From: Squalus acanthias
Taxonomy: Eukaryota
Reading direction: 5' to 3'
Assembly: GCA_030390025.1 (NCBI GenBank)
Contig: CM059431.1
Location: 155,498,001 to 155,562,000 of the forward strand
DNA: 64,000 nt
Below are positions 1-13,245 of this stretch, in pieces. The notes beneath the pieces were generated by a model. It saw nothing but the letters and a program-made list of their open reading frames with translations. It did no database searches and was not told the origin of the DNA. Position 1 is the first letter of the stretch. Each line of letters begins with the position of its first letter. Both the position numbers and the translations under genes were made by a program.

Positions 1-3000
1 TTAAATTTATGTAATGATGTAGCTTCTACAGCTTTTTGGGCCAGCATATTCCATGGACCTACCACCCTCTGAGTGAAGTAGTTCCTTCTCATCTCAGTAT
101 TGAAAGAGCAGCCCCTAATTATAAGACTATGCCCCCTAGTTCTAGTTTCACCCATCATCGGAACGTCCTCCCCGCATCCACCCGATCCAACCCCTTCACA
201 ATCTTATATGTTTCAATAAGATCGCCTCTCATTCTTCTGAACTCCAATGAGTATAGTCCCAATCTACCCAACCTCTCCTCAAATGTCCATCCCCTCATCC
301 CCGGGATTAACCGAGTGAACCTTCTTTGTACTGAGTCGAGAGCAAGTATGTACTTTCTTAAGTATGGACACCAAAACTGTATGCGATATTCCAGGTGCGG
401 TCTCACCAATACCCTGTACAACTGAAGCAATACCTCCCTATTTTTATATTCTATCCCCACAGCAATGAAAGCCAACATTCCATTGGACATATTAATCACA
501 TGCTGCACCTGCATACTAACCTTTTGAGTTTCGTGTACCAGGACCCCCAGATCCCTTTGTATTGCATTACTTTCCAGTTTCTTGCCATTAAGATAATAAC
601 TTGCTCTACTATTTTTCCTGCCAAAGTGCATAACCTCACACTTTACAGTGTTGTATTCCATCTGCCAAATCTCTGCCCACTTACTTAGCCTGTCTATGTC
701 CACTTGCAGATTTTTTATGTCCTACTCACTCATTACTTTCCCTCCCATCTTAATATCATCTGCAAACTTTGATATGTTACAATCGGTCCCCTCCTCCATA
801 TCGTTAATATAGATTGTCAAGAGTTGGGGAGCCAGCACTTACCCCTGCGGAACACCACTAGTTACTGATTGTAAGTCTGAGAATGAACTATTTATCCCAA
901 CTCTCTGCCTTCTGTTAGATAGCCAATTCTTTATCCATGCCAGAATATTACCCCCAATCCCTTGATTTTTTTATCTTAAGCAATAATCTTTTGTGTGGCA
1001 CCTTGTCAAATGCCTTTTGGAAGTCTAAATACACCACATCCACTGGTTCCTCTTTATCCACCCTGTATGTTACTTCCTCAAAGATCTCCATAAAATTTGT
1101 CAAACATGACTTCCCCTTCATAAAACCATGCTGACTTTGTCCTATTAAATTATGATTATCCAAATGTCCCGTTACTGTTTCCTTAATAATGGACTCCAAA
1201 ATATTTCCTACCACAGATGTTAGGCTAACCGGTCTATAGTTTCCAGCCTTTGTCTACTGCCCTTTTTAAATAAGAGTGTTACATTAGCAGTTTTCCAGTC
1301 TGCCGGGATCTTTGCTGAGTCCATGGAGTTTTGGAAAATTATTACCAATGCATCCACAATCCCTACCGCCACTTCCCTCAAGACCCTAGGATGTAAGCCA
1401 TCAGGTCCAGGTCACTTATCCGCCTTGAGTCCAATTATTTTACCCAGTACCACTTCCTTAGTGATTTTGATTGTGTTTAGCTCCTCCCACCCTATAGCCC
1501 CCTGTTTGTCCAGTGTTGGGATATTCTTATTTTCCTCTAGTGTAAAGGCTGATACAAAATATTCATTCAGTGTATTTGCCATCTCCATATTTCCCACCAT
1601 TAATTTTCCGGTCTCATCCTCTAAGGGACCAACATTTACTTTAGCCACCCTTTTTCTTTTTATATAACTATAAATAATTTTTACTGTCTTTTTTTATAAT
1701 TTTTGCTAATTTACTTTCATAATTTATCTTCCCTTTCTTAAACAATCTTTTTGTTATTTTTTGCTGTCTTTTAAAGTTTTTCCAATCCTCTATTCTCCCA
1801 CTAGATTTGGCTACCTTATAAACCCTTGTTTTTAATCGAATACTATCCTTAATGTCTTTACTTAGCCACGGATGACTGTCTTTTCTTTTACAGCCTTTTC
1901 TTCTCAGTGGAATATATATTTTTTGGAAGTTGTAATATAACTCCTCAAATGTACACCACTGATCATGTATCGTCTTACCCTTTAATCTATTTTCCCAATC
2001 CACTCTACTCAATTCCGCTCGCATTCCTTCATAGTCTCCTTTATTCAAGCTTAGCACGCTTGTTTGAGATCCAAACTTCTCACCCTCTAATTGAATATGG
2101 AATTCAACCATGTTATGGTCACTCATTCCAAGGGGGTCCTTTACTAGGACATTTTTAATTAATCCTGTCTCGTTACACAGGACCAGATCTAAGGTTGCTT
2201 GCGCCCTGTTCGGTTCAGTTACATCCTGCTCAAGAAACCCATCCCTAATGCATTCAATGAACTCATCCTCATGGCAGCCCTGCCCAATTTGATTTGTCCA
2301 ATTAATATGATCGTTAAAATCACCCATAATTAAAGATGTTCACTTATTACAAGCCTCAACTATTTCCTGATTGATACATCGTCCAACAGATTTGCAAGTG
2401 TTCGAAGGCCGATAGACTACAACCACTAGTGTTTTTTCCCCTTATTATTCCTTATCTCCACCCAAACTGTTTCATTTTCCTGATCTTTTGAACCAACATC
2501 ATTTCTTTGTATTACAGTGATTCCTTCCTTTATTAACATAGCCAATTCACCTCCCCTTCCTTCCTGCCTGTCCTTCCTGATCGTTAAATATCATGGTATG
2601 TTTAATTCCCAGGCATTGTCACACTGCAGCCATGTTTCTGTAATGGCCACAAGATCATACCCATATGTAGTTATCTGTGCATTAACTCGTCGATTTTGTT
2701 ACTAATGCTACATGCATTCAAATAGAGAACTTTCAAATATGTTTTGTGACACTTAGTTCCTGCTTTTGCACTTTTTCTTACTTTACCTTTTACTCCATAC
2801 CTTCTGCCCTTTCCTGACGCACTCTGGTTTTTAATTTCCCCACTGCTACCTTCTCTGTTGTCATTTTTATTATTTGCTCTCTGGGAACCTCCCGCCCACT
2901 AGTTAGTTTAAAGCCCTCTCTACAGCCCCAGTTATATGATCCGCCAGGACTCTATTCCTACCACTGGCCAAGTGAAGCCCATCCCAACGGAACAGCTCCC

Positions 3001-4330
3001 TCCTGCCCCAGTACTGGTGCCAGTGTCCCAGGAAGCAAAACCCATTTATCCCACACCAGTCTTTGAGCCACTCATTTAACTCTCTAATTTTATTTGCTCT
3101 AGCCAAATTCGCTCGTGGCTCAGGTAATAATCCAGAGATTAATACCCTTGAGGTTCTGTTTTTCAATTTGACCCCTAGCTGCTCATACTCCTTTAACAGA
3201 ACCTGCTTCCTTGTCCTATCTACCGTTTGTACCAACATGGAGCACGACAACTGGAGCCACCCCCTCCCACTGCATGTTTCTTTCCAGAGAAGATGTCCTT
3301 AACCCTGGCACCGGGCAGGCAACACAGCCTACGGGACTCTCGTCTCGGCTGCAGAAAACTCTATCTATCCCCCTAATAATATTATCCCCTACCACAACAA
3401 AATTTCTATTTACTTCCCCCTCTTGAATGGTCCCCCGTTCCACGGTGCTGTGGCCAGGTTGCTCATCCTCCCTGCAGTCTCTGCTCCCGTCCCCACAGGG
3501 AGTCAGAACCTCGAACCAGTTGGACAAGAGCAAGGGTTGCGGCTCCTCCAACACGACCTCCTGGATCCCCGTACCTGCCTCACTCGTAGTCAAACCGTCC
3601 TGTCCCTGACCATGGCCTACATCTGAATTAATTAACTTCATAGATGTGACCACCTCCTGAAACACAAAGTCCAGTTACTTCTTCCCCCACCCTGATGTGT
3701 CGCAGTTTCTGAAGGTCAGACTCCAGCTCATCAATACGGAGCTGGAGTACCTGTAGCAGCAGACACTTGTCACAGATGTAATCACCGTGAGCCTCAATGG
3801 GGTGCACCGCCTGCCACATCTCGCAACAGTAACACATCACCTGCTCCATTCTATGTAATGTTTTTTTTTATTGTTAGTTATGGACACTCTCTGACCGATT
3901 ATAGTTGCTAGTATCCCCTCTAATTAATTGGATTTAAATTAAATCAATCCCTCTAAATTACACCAGTTAAATGGTTTACCAACTCTACACCAGAAAGGCC
4001 TTATTAACTACAACCCGCAGAGTTTAAGTTTAAAAAGCGAGAAATATTTACCTGCATTCTGGTGACGTCACACCTCGATTATTTTTACCTCTCTCCCTCC
4101 CTCCGAGTTCGGAGACTGGTCCCGCCTTACCTGTTCTCTGGAGCCTTTTAAACCCTTTGCCGCCGCCTCGCCTCACGGAGGTCCGCCGCCGCAACAGGAA
4201 GCTGACAATGATTGAAAAAGGAAGGCACACCTCCCTCCCCGAACTCCCTCACTCACCAAACTCGCAGCTTAGCACTCTGTTCCAAATCTGCACTCTGTGA
4301 CAAACTGCACTCTAGTCTCCCTTATTTATG
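1..4330 (-). mobile_element. Decayed near-full-length CR1 LINE; 3' end runs off the window; lies in an NLR intron
   Basis: Frameshifted ORF2 pieces (155-703, 948-1214, 1412-1648, 1668-2327) and ORF1 pieces (2903-3849; CxxC finger, HVGTN, DGLHL) closely resemble the intact copy at 42.7-46.7 kb. Confidence 0.95.
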
Positions 4331-4390
4331 CTGCTGAGATTTAAATAAGTGAGCTCTCTGGCAGTTACACAACCAGAACCAGAAACATAT

Positions 4391-6447
4391 AAGGAATGAT
4401 TCAAAATAGAAATCTATAAGTTTGGGTAACACCATAATAATATAATTCTTTGTCTACAAGGCGTTCGTTGTCTTGCACAAAATAATGGAAAAGTGTTGGA
4501 AGAAGAGTTATAAAGACAAATTGGAGATAATGCAGAAATAACAGTAACAGTGATTGGTGACTGTAAATATTCAAAGTAAAGAAGTAACTTAAGTGACGAA
4601 GGTAGGCCTTGGTGTCTGAAGCTTGTCCAGGACATTATTCAGCTGGCTAAAATTTTGGACGACAAGAAAGGATTGAGCATTTCATCTATTTCTAGAAATG
4701 GGCAGGGGCTACTCTGTGAGGTAACGGTAGTGAAACATCTACCAATGTTATCGTTTATATGCTCATATGTTAGTTTTCATATAAATTATAAAATGTTTCG
4801 TTACAATCAAAACAATAATTATGTAAAAGGAATAAATCTAATGTCAACGAGGCTGACATATTAGCTCAGTTATATTGAGGCGGATATGATCAAATAATAT
4901 CCTTGGTAGGAAATAAGAAGATAGACAATATAGGATTCCCATACAAGATACACAAATCACATGGGGAATGAAAGCACTGCAGGACAGTCAAAAATTACTT
5001 GAGCTTGCAGAGATAATGAAATAAACAATAGATTTAAAATTGAATGTACGAGTGTAGGGCTAGTTATATAAAACAAATGAAGGAAGCCTGGCGAATATAG
5101 TGAACATTTAATCGATGAATCCGTGGACGGTGACAGAGTTCGAGACAATGATCATATTCCATATACACTTCAAGGAAAAAAGTTAAACAAAGAAAAGAGC
5201 TGTGTAGAGATGAAATGGGAATGGTTCATACAGAGGACGAGGGATTCACTGAAAAGTTATTGGTACTGTTTCGATGAATTAACGTGATACTTGGAATGAA
5301 TGATAAACTCATTGAAGTCAATAGAAAAGAAAGTCTGACGCGAGTAAAACTGGGCTGCCAATTTGCTTCCGGCAGTTTCACCCAATTGGCCAACACTGGC
5401 CAACACCTTGTGACCCATTTTTTATGGTTGTCAACCAGTGCAATCTGGGTTTCTAAAAAACTAACTGTAAGCTTTCAAAAATATTATGATCCTTAACTAC
5501 CAATAATTATTGGTTTTGATCGTACCTTATACCTGTAACCATAGCTTTGTGCTCTGATTGTGTACTTTACCCTTTTCCTTCAATCAGTTCCTGGTTATAA
5601 TGAGAGAAAGACCAGTTGCCCTGGGTGTCTCAAAGCTGCTACTTTCTATCTCTGTAACCTCTTCCAATCCTACAGCCTGTCAAGATCCAGGCGCTGGTCC
5701 AATTCTTACCTCTTGTGCATTCCCCATTTCCATCGCTCCACCATTGACGGGCTTGCCTTAAGCGGTTTAGCACCTAAGCTCTGGAATTCACTCCCCTATC
5801 CACTATGAATCTCTAACTCTCTCTTCTCTAAGACTCTCTTTAAATCTACTCTGTGACCAAGCTTTGGTCACCTGTCCTGATATCTTCCTCTGATGCTTGG
5901 TGTTACATTTTGTTTGATAACACTCCCTTTGCAAAGCTTTGGGACGTTTTACTACGCTAGTTCTTGTTGTTTCTACTAAATTCTCATTGCAGGCACGCCT
6001 CCTGTCTGACTAATGGCGTATCTTCCTTTTATTCGATTATGGGATCTGGGCGTCGCTGGCAAGGATAGCATTTGTTGCCCGTCCCTTAATTGTTTTCTGC
6101 ATTAACTCCCGATTCTGAGCGTTTCATCGCTCTCCTAAGGAAAGCTAGAAATAGTAAAGACTTTTCTTATCCGAGTTTGTACATTACTTCTCTATATATG
6201 ATTGCAATATACATTCTTGTTAGGAAATCAGATCCCTAGCTGAATGTCACCGCAAAAGCGATGCTTCCCAACTTATTGTCGATACCGTGCTGGAAAAGGG
6301 AGCTCGGGGAGAAAGAACAATGTGGAACATATTACTTCAACTGCAGAATACCAAACCCAAGCTGAAAATGACATTGTCAGATATACAGAGTAGATTTACA
6401 GAGGGAGAAAGTGATCTCGAAGGTTAGTGGTATCCAAATCTAATTTT
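4391..6447 (+). repeat. Segmental duplicate, copy A (intron plus CARD-like exon)
   Basis: Colinear with 12935-14970 from 'aaggaatgattcaaaatagaaa' to 'tggtatcc.aatctaatttt'. Contains very old CR1 and L2-tail remnants. Confidence 0.95.
6224..6422 (+). CDS. NLR exon: C-terminal half of CARD/death-fold-like module 1 (EIRSLAECHRKSDASQLIVDTVLEKGARGERTMWNILLQLQNTKPKLKMTLSDIQSRFTEGESDLE)
   Basis: ttgttag acceptor, gttagt donor, 199 nt open (phase 0 to 1). Amphipathic helices resemble the N-terminal domain of chondrichthyan NLRs (recognised from memory, not searched). Confidence 0.8.
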
Positions 6448-6489
6448 CCGTTAGAATAACAAAGTTTCATTTAAGGTGAGATTTTTATT

Positions 6490-6895
6490 TTATTATTTTC
6501 AGGGATGTGGGCGTCACTGGCAAGGCCAGCATTTATTGCCCATCCTTACCTGCACTTGCGAAGCTGTTGGGTATCCGCTTTGCTGAAACGCTGCAGTCTA
6601 TGTGGTGAAGGTACTCCCACAATGTTGTTGGAGAAAGAGTGCCATGAGTTTGACACAGCGACAATGAAGGAAAGCGATATACTTTAAAGTTAGGATGGTG
6701 TGGGAGTTGGAGGGGAAAATGGAAGTAGTGGTGTTCCCTGGCGCTTGCTTTTCTTGTCCTTCTAGGCGGTAGATCCCGTGGATTTGGGAGGTGACGTCGA
6801 AGAAGCCTTGACGAGTTGACGCAGTGCATCGTGTAGATGGAACACTCTGCAGCCACGGTGTGGCAGTGGGGAAGTGACTGAATGCTACTAATTGA
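6490..6895 (-). mobile_element. 3' fragment of an L2/Crack-like LINE
   Basis: ORF 6533-6856 (IYTMHC...RLLRRHLPNPR) plus the common tail 'gggatgtgggcgtcactggcaaggccagcatttattgcccatcc'. Clade assignment is tentative. Confidence 0.65.
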
Positions 6896-7485
6896 TACAT
6901 GCTTGTATGAGTTTTATACTCGATTCCTTAAATGAAATTTGGCACTTCCCCTTGTAAATTTCAGCTTGGACAGAGACATCTACTCCGATTCAAATTCACC
7001 CTTAGTTCCACGGTTCCGTGATTCCCACATTAACTGACCTACATTGATTCCTTATCCCATATTGATCAATTGTGAAATGCTCCTGCTCATCCTAAAAGCC
7101 CTCCCAACGTTATCTCTGAAGTCGTCTTCACTTCACCTCATATACATTCTTGTCCGTCCTCTACCCTTGCTGTGATCTCCAGTGTACCAGTTCAACTGCT
7201 CCCGACTCCAGGCAGATCTCGTTCACACCAACTGGAACTCAGTTCCTATGAGCTTCCATCTCTGTACGTCTTAATATTTTAAGTATCGACCACATGTTGC
7301 AAGGCCTGGTTCGTTCTCGTAACTCCAGCAAAGCATGTCTGCGTTAATTCTGAGTTCCACCTCTGTAAGTCTCCACTGGCAGTGTCACCGCTAAACAACT
7401 GCTGTCGCGATAGCAGTTAGTTCAGAGTATTCACTGTTTCATAGCGGGCATTTATGTTAATCTGTTCTCATTTACACTTTCAAAG

Positions 7486-7655
7486 ATAATGCAGTTACTG
7501 AACTATCACTAACGTTGGCAAGCTACACGGATTTCCAGCTGCGCAGAGTTATCGTTTGCTACCGTCAGAGACTAGAACAGTCAATTGAAGAATTCGTGGA
7601 GGCCGTTAGCCAGTCGCTTGTAGATGCAAACGTATTTACTGAAACAGATCATAAG
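7486..7655 (+). CDS. NLR exon: N-terminal half of CARD/death-fold-like module 2 (DNAVTELSLTLASYTDFQLRRVIVCYRQRLEQSIEEFVEAVSQSLVDANVFTETDHK)
   Basis: tttcaaag acceptor, gtatgt donor, 170 nt open (phase 1 to 0), phase-compatible with both flanking exons. Contains a 'DFQL...YRxRLEQxIEE.V..VS' motif as recalled from shark NLRs. Confidence 0.8.
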
Positions 7656-7718
7656 GTATGTTTCATATATGTTCGATTCGTATGGTGTTAAATGAGTCAA
7701 ACGATTGACTGTTTATGG

Positions 7719-10700
7719 TCATAGAGTCATAGAGTTACAACACAGAAAGAGGCCCTTCGGCCCATCGTGTCCGGCGCCGGCCATCAAGCCCTGTCTATTC
7801 TTATCCCATTTTCCAGCACTTTGTCCGTATCCTTGTATGCCACGGCGTTTCAAGTGCTCATCTAAAGGCTTCTTGATTGTTGTGAGGGTTCCTGCCTCTA
7901 CCACCCTTTCAGTCTGTGAGTTCCAGTTTCCAACCACCCTCTGGGTGAAAAACATTTTCCTCAAATCCCCTCTAAACCTCCTGCCACTTTCCTTGAATCT
8001 ATGCTCCCTTGTTATTGACCCCTCTACTAAGGGGAAAAGTTCATTTCTATCTACCCTATTTATTCCCCTCATAATTTTATACACCCCAATCAGGTGCCCC
8101 CTCAGCCTTCTCTGCTCTAAGGAAAACAACCGCAGCCTGTCCAGTCGCTCTTCATAGCTGTAGCACTGCTACCCAGGTAACATCCTGGTGAATCTCCTGT
8201 GCACCCTCTCCAATGCAATCACATCCTTCCTATAGTGTGGCGACCAGAACTGCACACAGTATTCTAGCTGTGGCCTAACTGGCGTTTTGTACAGCTCCAT
8301 CATAACCTCCCTGCTCTTATATTCTATGTCTCGGCTAATGAATGCAAGTATCCCTTTTGCCTTCTTAACCACGTTATCTAACTGTCCTGCTGCATTCAGG
8401 GATCTATGTACATGCACACGAAGTTCCCACTGATCCTCTGTCCTTCCTAGATTCCTAACATTCATTGTTTATTCCCTTGCCTTGTTAGTCCTCCCAAAAT
8501 GCATGACCTCACACTTTTCTAGGTTAAATTCCATTTGCTACGTTCTGCCCATCTGACCAACCCGTCTATATCGTCCTGTAGCCTGAGGTTACCTCCTCGC
8601 TATTTACCACCCAACCAATTTACGTGTCATCTGCGAACTTACTGATCATACCTCCTACATTCATATCTGAATCATTAATGTATACTACAAACAGCAAAGG
8701 ACCCAGCACCGATCCCTGCGGTACACCACTGGGCACAGTCTTCCAGTCCCAAAAACAACCTTCGACCATCACCCTCTGCCTCCTGCCAACAAGCCAATTT
8801 GCCATCCAATGTGCCAAGTTGCCCTGGATCCCATGGGCTCTTACCTTCTTGATCAGGCTCCCATGCGGGACTGTGTCAAAAAATTTACTGAAGTCCATGA
8901 AGCCACGTCAACTGCACTACCCTGAACCACACACCTAGTCATCCCCTCCAAAATGCAATCAAATTGGTCAGACATGAACTCCCCCTGACAAAGCAATGCT
9001 GACTATTCTTGATTAATCTTTGCCTCTCCAAGTGGAGACTAATTCTGTTCCTCAAAATGTTTTCCAATAATTTCGCTACCACTGATGTTAGGCTCAGTGG
9101 CCTATAATTCCCTTGTTTATCCCTACTACCCTTCTTGAGTAATGGTACTACGTTAGCTGTTCTCCAGTCCTCTGGCACCTCCCCTGTAGCCAGAGAGGTT
9201 CTGAAAATGTATGTCATAGCCCCTGCAAGCTCCTTCCTTGCCTCACACAGCAGCCTGGGATACATCTCGTCTGGGAGTTGGGATTTATCCACTTTTAAGC
9301 TCGCTAAAACCGCTAGTACCTCCTCCCTCTTAATACTAATTTGTTCAAGTATATCACAATCCCCCTGTCTGATTTCTATGCATACATTGTCCTTCTCCAT
9401 GGTGAACACAGATGCAAAATATTCATTTACAACCCCACCTACATCTGCTGGATCTAAACACAGATTGCCACTTTGATCCCTCATGGGCCCTACTCTTTCC
9501 CTAGTTATCCTCTTGCCCTTAATATACATATAAAACTCCTTGGGATTTTCCTTTATTTTGCCCGCCAGTGTTATTTCATGCCCACTTTTCGCTCTCCTAA
9601 TTTCTTTTTTAATTACCCCCATGCACTTTCTATACTCCTCTATGGTTTCCACTGTTTTTAGTCATTTGGATCTGCCAAAAGCCTCCCTTTTTTCCGACTC
9701 CATTCTCGTATATCACTTGACATCCAGGGTTCCCTTGGTTTATTGGTCCCACCCTTGACCTTTAAGGGAACACGTTGCCGTTGTACTCTCTCTATTTCCT
9801 TTCTGAAAAACTCCCACTGCTCTGATGTGGATTTTCCTACAAGTAGCTGATCCTAGTCCACTTTATCCAGATCCTGCCTTATCCTGTTAAAATCGGGCTT
9901 CCCCTAATTTAGAATCTTTATTTCCGGTCCATCTTTGTCCTTTTCCATGACTACCTTAAATCTCACTGAATTATGGTCACTGTCATCAAAATGCTCTCCT
10001 ACTAACACTTCTACCAATTGCCCGGCTACATTCCCTAGAATTAGGTCCAGTACCGCCCCCTCTCTTGTAGGACTTCCTACATGCTGGCTCAAAAAGCTCT
10101 CCTGGATGCACTTTAAGAATTTCGCACCCTCTAAGCCTTTCACACTGTAACTATCCCAGTTAATATTGGGGAAGTTGAAATCCCCTCCTATTATTACCCT
10201 ATTCTTTCCAAACTTCTATGAGATTTGCCTACATATCTGTACATCTATCTCCCGCTGACTGATTGGGGGCCAATGGTGCACTCACAACAAAGTGCTTGCC
10301 CCCTTTTTGATTTTATGTTCTACCCATATGGCCTCATCAGTGGAACCTGCTAAGATATCATCCCTCCTTACAGCAGTAATTGACTCCTTGATTGATATTT
10401 CGACACCCCCTCCTCTTTTACATTCCACTCTGTCTCGCCTGAGGATTCTGTACCCCGGAATATTGAGCTGCCAGTCCTGCCCCTCCCTCAACCATGTCTC
10501 TGTGATAGCAACAATATCGTACTCCCATGTGTTTATCAACAACTTCAATTCATCAACCTGACTCGCAAGACACCTTGCATTAAAATAAATGCCTTACAGC
10601 CTTGCTGTGCCTTTCAGGGTGACTTGTTTTTTTCTCTATAGTTGGATGTGCATCACCCCCTACTATCCTTCCACTCCGTATTCCACCCCCCTGCTAAGTT

Positions 10701-11640
10701 AGTTTAAGCACCCCCCCACCCCCCACCCCTGCAACAGTACTACAAATCTTCCCGCAAGTGTGTTGGTCCCATTCCAGTTCAGGTGCAACCCGTCTGACTT
10801 TTACAGGTCCCACCTTCCCCAGAAGCAGACCCAGTGATCCAGGAAACTAAAGCCCTTCCTCGTGCACCAACTCTTTAGCCACGCATTCATCTGCTCTATC
10901 CTCCTATTCCTATAATCACTAGCACGTGGCACCGGGAGTAATCCAGATATTACTACCTTTGATGGCCTGCTTTTTAATCTGCTACCTAACTCCCTAAATT
11001 CTGGTTGCAGGACCTCATCCCTCTTTCTACCCATGTCGTTGGTACCAATGTGAACCAGGACCTCTGACTGTTCGCACTCCCCCTTCAGAATGCCCTGCAG
11101 CCTTTCAGTGACATGCTTGACTCTGGCACCAGGGAGGCAACATACCATCCTGGAGTCTCGTCTGCGGCCACAGAAACGTCTAGCTGTTCCCTTTACGATA
11201 GAATTCCCTATCACTACTGCTCTCCCACTCGTTTCCCTCCCCTCCTGTGCAACTGAGCCACTCGTAGTGCCACGGACTTGGCTCTTGCTGCATTCTCCTG
11301 AGAAACCATCTCCCCCATCAGTATCCAAAAACGGAAAATCTGTCGGTGAGGGAGATGGACCTAGGGGACTTCTGCAGTACCTTCCTAGTTATTTTACTCT
11401 GTGTGATGGTCACCCATTCCCTGTCTGCCTGTGCAATCTTTACCTGCGGTGTGACCACCTTGTTATCCAAGAGGATCTCAGCTTCGCGGATTCTCCACAG
11501 TCACTCCAGCCGCAGCTCCAGCTCCTAAACGCGGATTTCGATTAGCTGCAGCTGGAGACATTCATGCACATGTGCTCGCCCTGGACACCTAAAGTGTCCC
11601 TGACTTCCAACATAGCACAGGAGGAGCACTCCACGCTGTT
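7719..11640 (-). mobile_element. Decayed CR1 LINE (second family) with ORF1 esterase, ORF2 EN/RT and 3' tail; intronic
   Basis: ORF pieces with ITETWL, PQGSVLGP, FADDT, HIGTND; tail repeat 'tcatagagtcatagag' at 7719. Confidence 0.93.
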
Positions 11641-11869
11641 TAGATAGAGAGTATTCTGTGCAAACCAACGATATAAGCAGTACATTAGGCTGTACTGGTT
11701 TAACTTCAGTCGACAATCTGAAATTAATGTCCTGTGCCAGTGATTTGAAATACTCTTCTGAGATATCACTGTTAAATAAATTTTTCATGAATTGTCAATG
11801 CATGCATTCATAATAAGAGAACAGTACCTCATAGACGAACCGTGATTTTTTAATAGCAGCCTTCTGTGC

Positions 11870-12180
11870 CCAATTTTCGTCGGCTTCTTCATCAATGACC
11901 TTCCTTCAAAAGGTCAGAGTTGGGTCTATTCGCTAATGATTGCACAATGTTTAGTTCCGTTCGCAATTCCTCAGAAAATGAAGCAGTCCATGCCCGCACG
12001 CAGCATGACCGGACAACATCCAGGTTTGGGCCGATAAGTGACAGTTAACATTTATGCCACGTAAGATTCAGGTGCTGGCTAATTGCAACTAGAGAAAGTC
12101 TAACCGATTACCATTGACATTCAATGGCTTTACCTTCGGCGTTTTACCACCATGAGTGTCCCGGTGATCACCACTAAAAC
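11870..12180 (+). mobile_element. Old L2/Crack-like LINE RT fragment
   Basis: Degenerate FIND...FANDCT (YADD region) coding remnant. Confidence 0.55.
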
Positions 12181-13027
12181 CAGCTTTGAGAATTTCCTGC
12201 CAAATCTCTAAAAGTTAACGTTATTCCAGATTCTCGAAATGAGTAATTGAATAAGACAAAAAATGCAGCGCAAGCAACACACTTCATCATTACAGCCCAA
12301 TGGACAACCAGGTGCTAAGTCAAAACTGTTATAATCACATAATTCAAATCTCATGTGAATAAGTTAACTGACACATACAAAATTAACAGTATGACATTTC
12401 CTACATTCACAGCCGAGATGCTCTGCCCATTCTCCATCAAAACGGATGGGCGTTTCGAATTGGATTGAGCCATTGCCGGTGGTGCGGCCTGACCAATTTC
12501 TGCTGAACATATCCAATTAGTTTCTTCCATTCTACATCTTGCTAAGTCCCACCACTACCTCGGCCCAAAACTCAGGGACGTCAACACACCTAGCAGCTCC
12601 CGAGGCCACATCATTAATGCCAAAATGTTGCATTTCATAAAATAACCCTAGTCTAATCTATGCTGTTTATCTGTTCCCTTTCTCCAATACGTCCTCACTT
12701 ATGTAACACAAATATAAAGAGACATATTACTGTGAATAAAGCTGGGAAGTTAAAGGTACAGTTTGTCTGACGGTATGATATAATGATGTGATCGACGTGT
12801 CTTTTATAAGGGTAGGAATGGGAGATGAATTGTGCTCTGTTACCTGAAGTTCATGGAAAATTAAGTTGTATGCAAATAGGGAGCAATCATTAGTAATAGA
12901 TTCAGTTGCAGAATTGTATCTTAAGGAATGATATAAGGAATGATTCAAAATAGAAAAGTTTGGGGTAACACCATCATAACATAACTCTTTGTCGATAAGG
13001 CGTTCGTTGTCTTACACAAAATAATGG

Positions 13028-13245
13028 GAAGTCTCACAACACCAGTTTAGAGTGCAGCAGCTTTATTTGAAATAACAATGTTTCGGAGGGCTGCTTCTAC
13101 GTCAGGTGAAGATGACTTCACCTGACGACGGAGCAGCGCTCCGACTGCTTGTGATTTCAAATAAAATTGTTGGACTATAACCTGATGTTGTGTGACTTCT
13201 CATTTTTGTCCACCCCAGTCCAACACCGGCATCTCCGCATCATGG
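13028..13245. mobile_element. Short palindromic Penelope-type (inverted pseudo-LTR) insertion with 12-bp target-site duplication
   Basis: Inverted arms span 13028-13199. 'acaaaataatgg' is duplicated at 13016-13027 and 13246-13257 but single at the paralogous site 4477-4488. Degenerate CTGACGA-stem-GAAA cores on both strands. Confidence 0.8.

Noticed and set aside
36..3626. Numerous + strand ORFs antisense to CR1 (also within 42.8-46.4 kb and 50.1-52.6 kb)
   Set aside because: Shadow ORFs of LINE coding strands with no independent evidence.
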